Positions 62,790-64,000 of a DNA stretch of 64,000 bases are shown here, one piece after another. Where the stretch lies: assembly GCF_964355755.1 (NCBI RefSeq), contig NC_092672.1:4526001-4590000 (forward strand), given 5' to 3'. This DNA is from Antedon mediterranea (taxonomy: Eukaryota; Animalia; Echinodermata). The position numbers and the translations under genes were made by a program. The notes beneath the pieces were generated by a model. The model worked only from the letters and a program-made list of their open reading frames with translations. It was not told the DNA's origin and made no database searches. How positions within the stretch are numbered: position 1 is the first letter of the stretch; each line of letters begins with the position of its first letter.

Positions 62790-62918
62790 AGCTCTGTCTA
62801 CACTATCAAACTAGTTTGACAAAAAAAGTGTGATGTGTCCAAATATGGTAGTGATATGACATCATCATGTCCATATATGGGCACATCACACTTTTTTCAC
62901 ATAGTGTAGACACAGAGC
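62790..62918. mobile_element. MITE family A copy, TTA on both flanks
   Basis: tta|agctctgtctacactatcaaact...cagagct|tta. Confidence 0.85.
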
Positions 62919-63227
62919 TTTAGTCAATTTGTTCACTGTATTTGGTAGATGTAAAGTTGTACAGATGGTAGTAAAAAATAAAATGAAGATGATTGTTGAT
63001 GATAATACAATGACCATGACAGCAGGTTATTGTCTACTAAATAATGAAAGTCACTATCTAACTCTGCAATGCTAAATTAAAGGGGAGTTGGGTTACATAG
63101 TTTAAAACGATCGTGACTATGAATTAGATGATCGCACAAACTGGCTTCATCTGATAAACATGCAAGTCCAACTTTGATTACGATATATGCAATCACTCAA
63201 ATCAAATTGACTCACTGACTCTTAGCC

Positions 63228-63468
63228 GATTCTCGGTACTGTATCTATAACTTGTCTAGAATCTTTGGCAAGTTCTGTATTACAGTGTCATATATGTATC
63301 ACATGTGACATCTCTTTCAAAGGCCATAAGGCTAAACTAACTCTGGCCAAACCTACCTAACCTTAACATACAACCACCACAAGTGATACATATGTTACAC
63401 TGTATTATAGATTTTGTCTATGATACTAGACACAGTAATGCCATATGTGGTGATACAGTGAATCGGGT
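63228..63468. mobile_element. Degenerate inverted-repeat MITE-like element
   Basis: tacagtgtcatatatgtatcac / gtgatacatatgttacactgta arms around a cctaacc-rich core. Confidence 0.5.
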
Positions 63469-64000
63469 GCAATTCTTTAATGAATTAAATTAAATAACAA
63501 AAAATTGGAGAATACATCAAAATATAACTGCATTATTTTTAATATACATACTTTGCTATATGATGAATATGCGAATGAGATAAGTTAATGACCTTAATCA
63601 TTTAGCGCAGCAACGAAATGGGGATTTAAATGATGTTTAACGCATTGTCATCACTTTGAATAATGTGGATATGTGCTTACTAATTGGTGTTGATGAATTA
63701 TTTTAGGTCATACAGAATGGCGATGTATAGTAAATTCAGACACAGCAGATAGTTTAAGACCCAACAGATACTTTGAATAGAAACAAAGTTTAGATATACA
63801 GTATTCCCATGCTCTGAAATAAATTTAGAAGAGGCCCAAGTTGGCTGTGACACCATTTTTAACATTATGAATTTCTTCTAATAAAAATTAACAATATTTG
63901 CTACAATATCAGGAATAACACAAAGTCCCACTAATTGTTTTTCTCCCTTCAAAATGCAACAAACTAAAACTGGGATTATAGACATTTAAAAATCACAAAC

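Overview
AT-rich eukaryotic genomic DNA, probably an invertebrate deuterostome such as an echinoderm (inferred from protein similarity and SINE types; not provable here). It holds three intron-rich genes whose exons I chained by hand using GT-AG sites and codon phase. NCBP3 (+, 5'-partial, last 5 coding exons, stop at 9606). USP30 (-, complete, 9 exons, 19635 to 13883). RIMS-binding protein RIMBP2-like (-, 5'-partial, SH3-FN3x3-SH3-SH3, about 20 or more exons, 59521 to 23790). Introns are dense with MITEs, SINE/LINE remnants and mini/microsatellites. Most notable: (1) a ~1.8-2 kb higher-order satellite built from two self-complementary monomers, between the convergent NCBP3 and USP30 3' ends; (2) a frameshifting 34-bp insertion at a palindromic site in the USP30 catalytic-His exon, with a phase-compatible rescue acceptor; (3) candidate microexons, duplicated exons and alternative C-termini in RIMBP2; (4) a rearranged two-part 18S rRNA fragment; (5) a TGT...ACA MITE with a 5-bp TSD carrying five C/EBP-type sites in USP30 intron 1. 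There is no CRISPR or other prokaryotic system. All homology calls rest on recalled sequences and motifs, not database searches.
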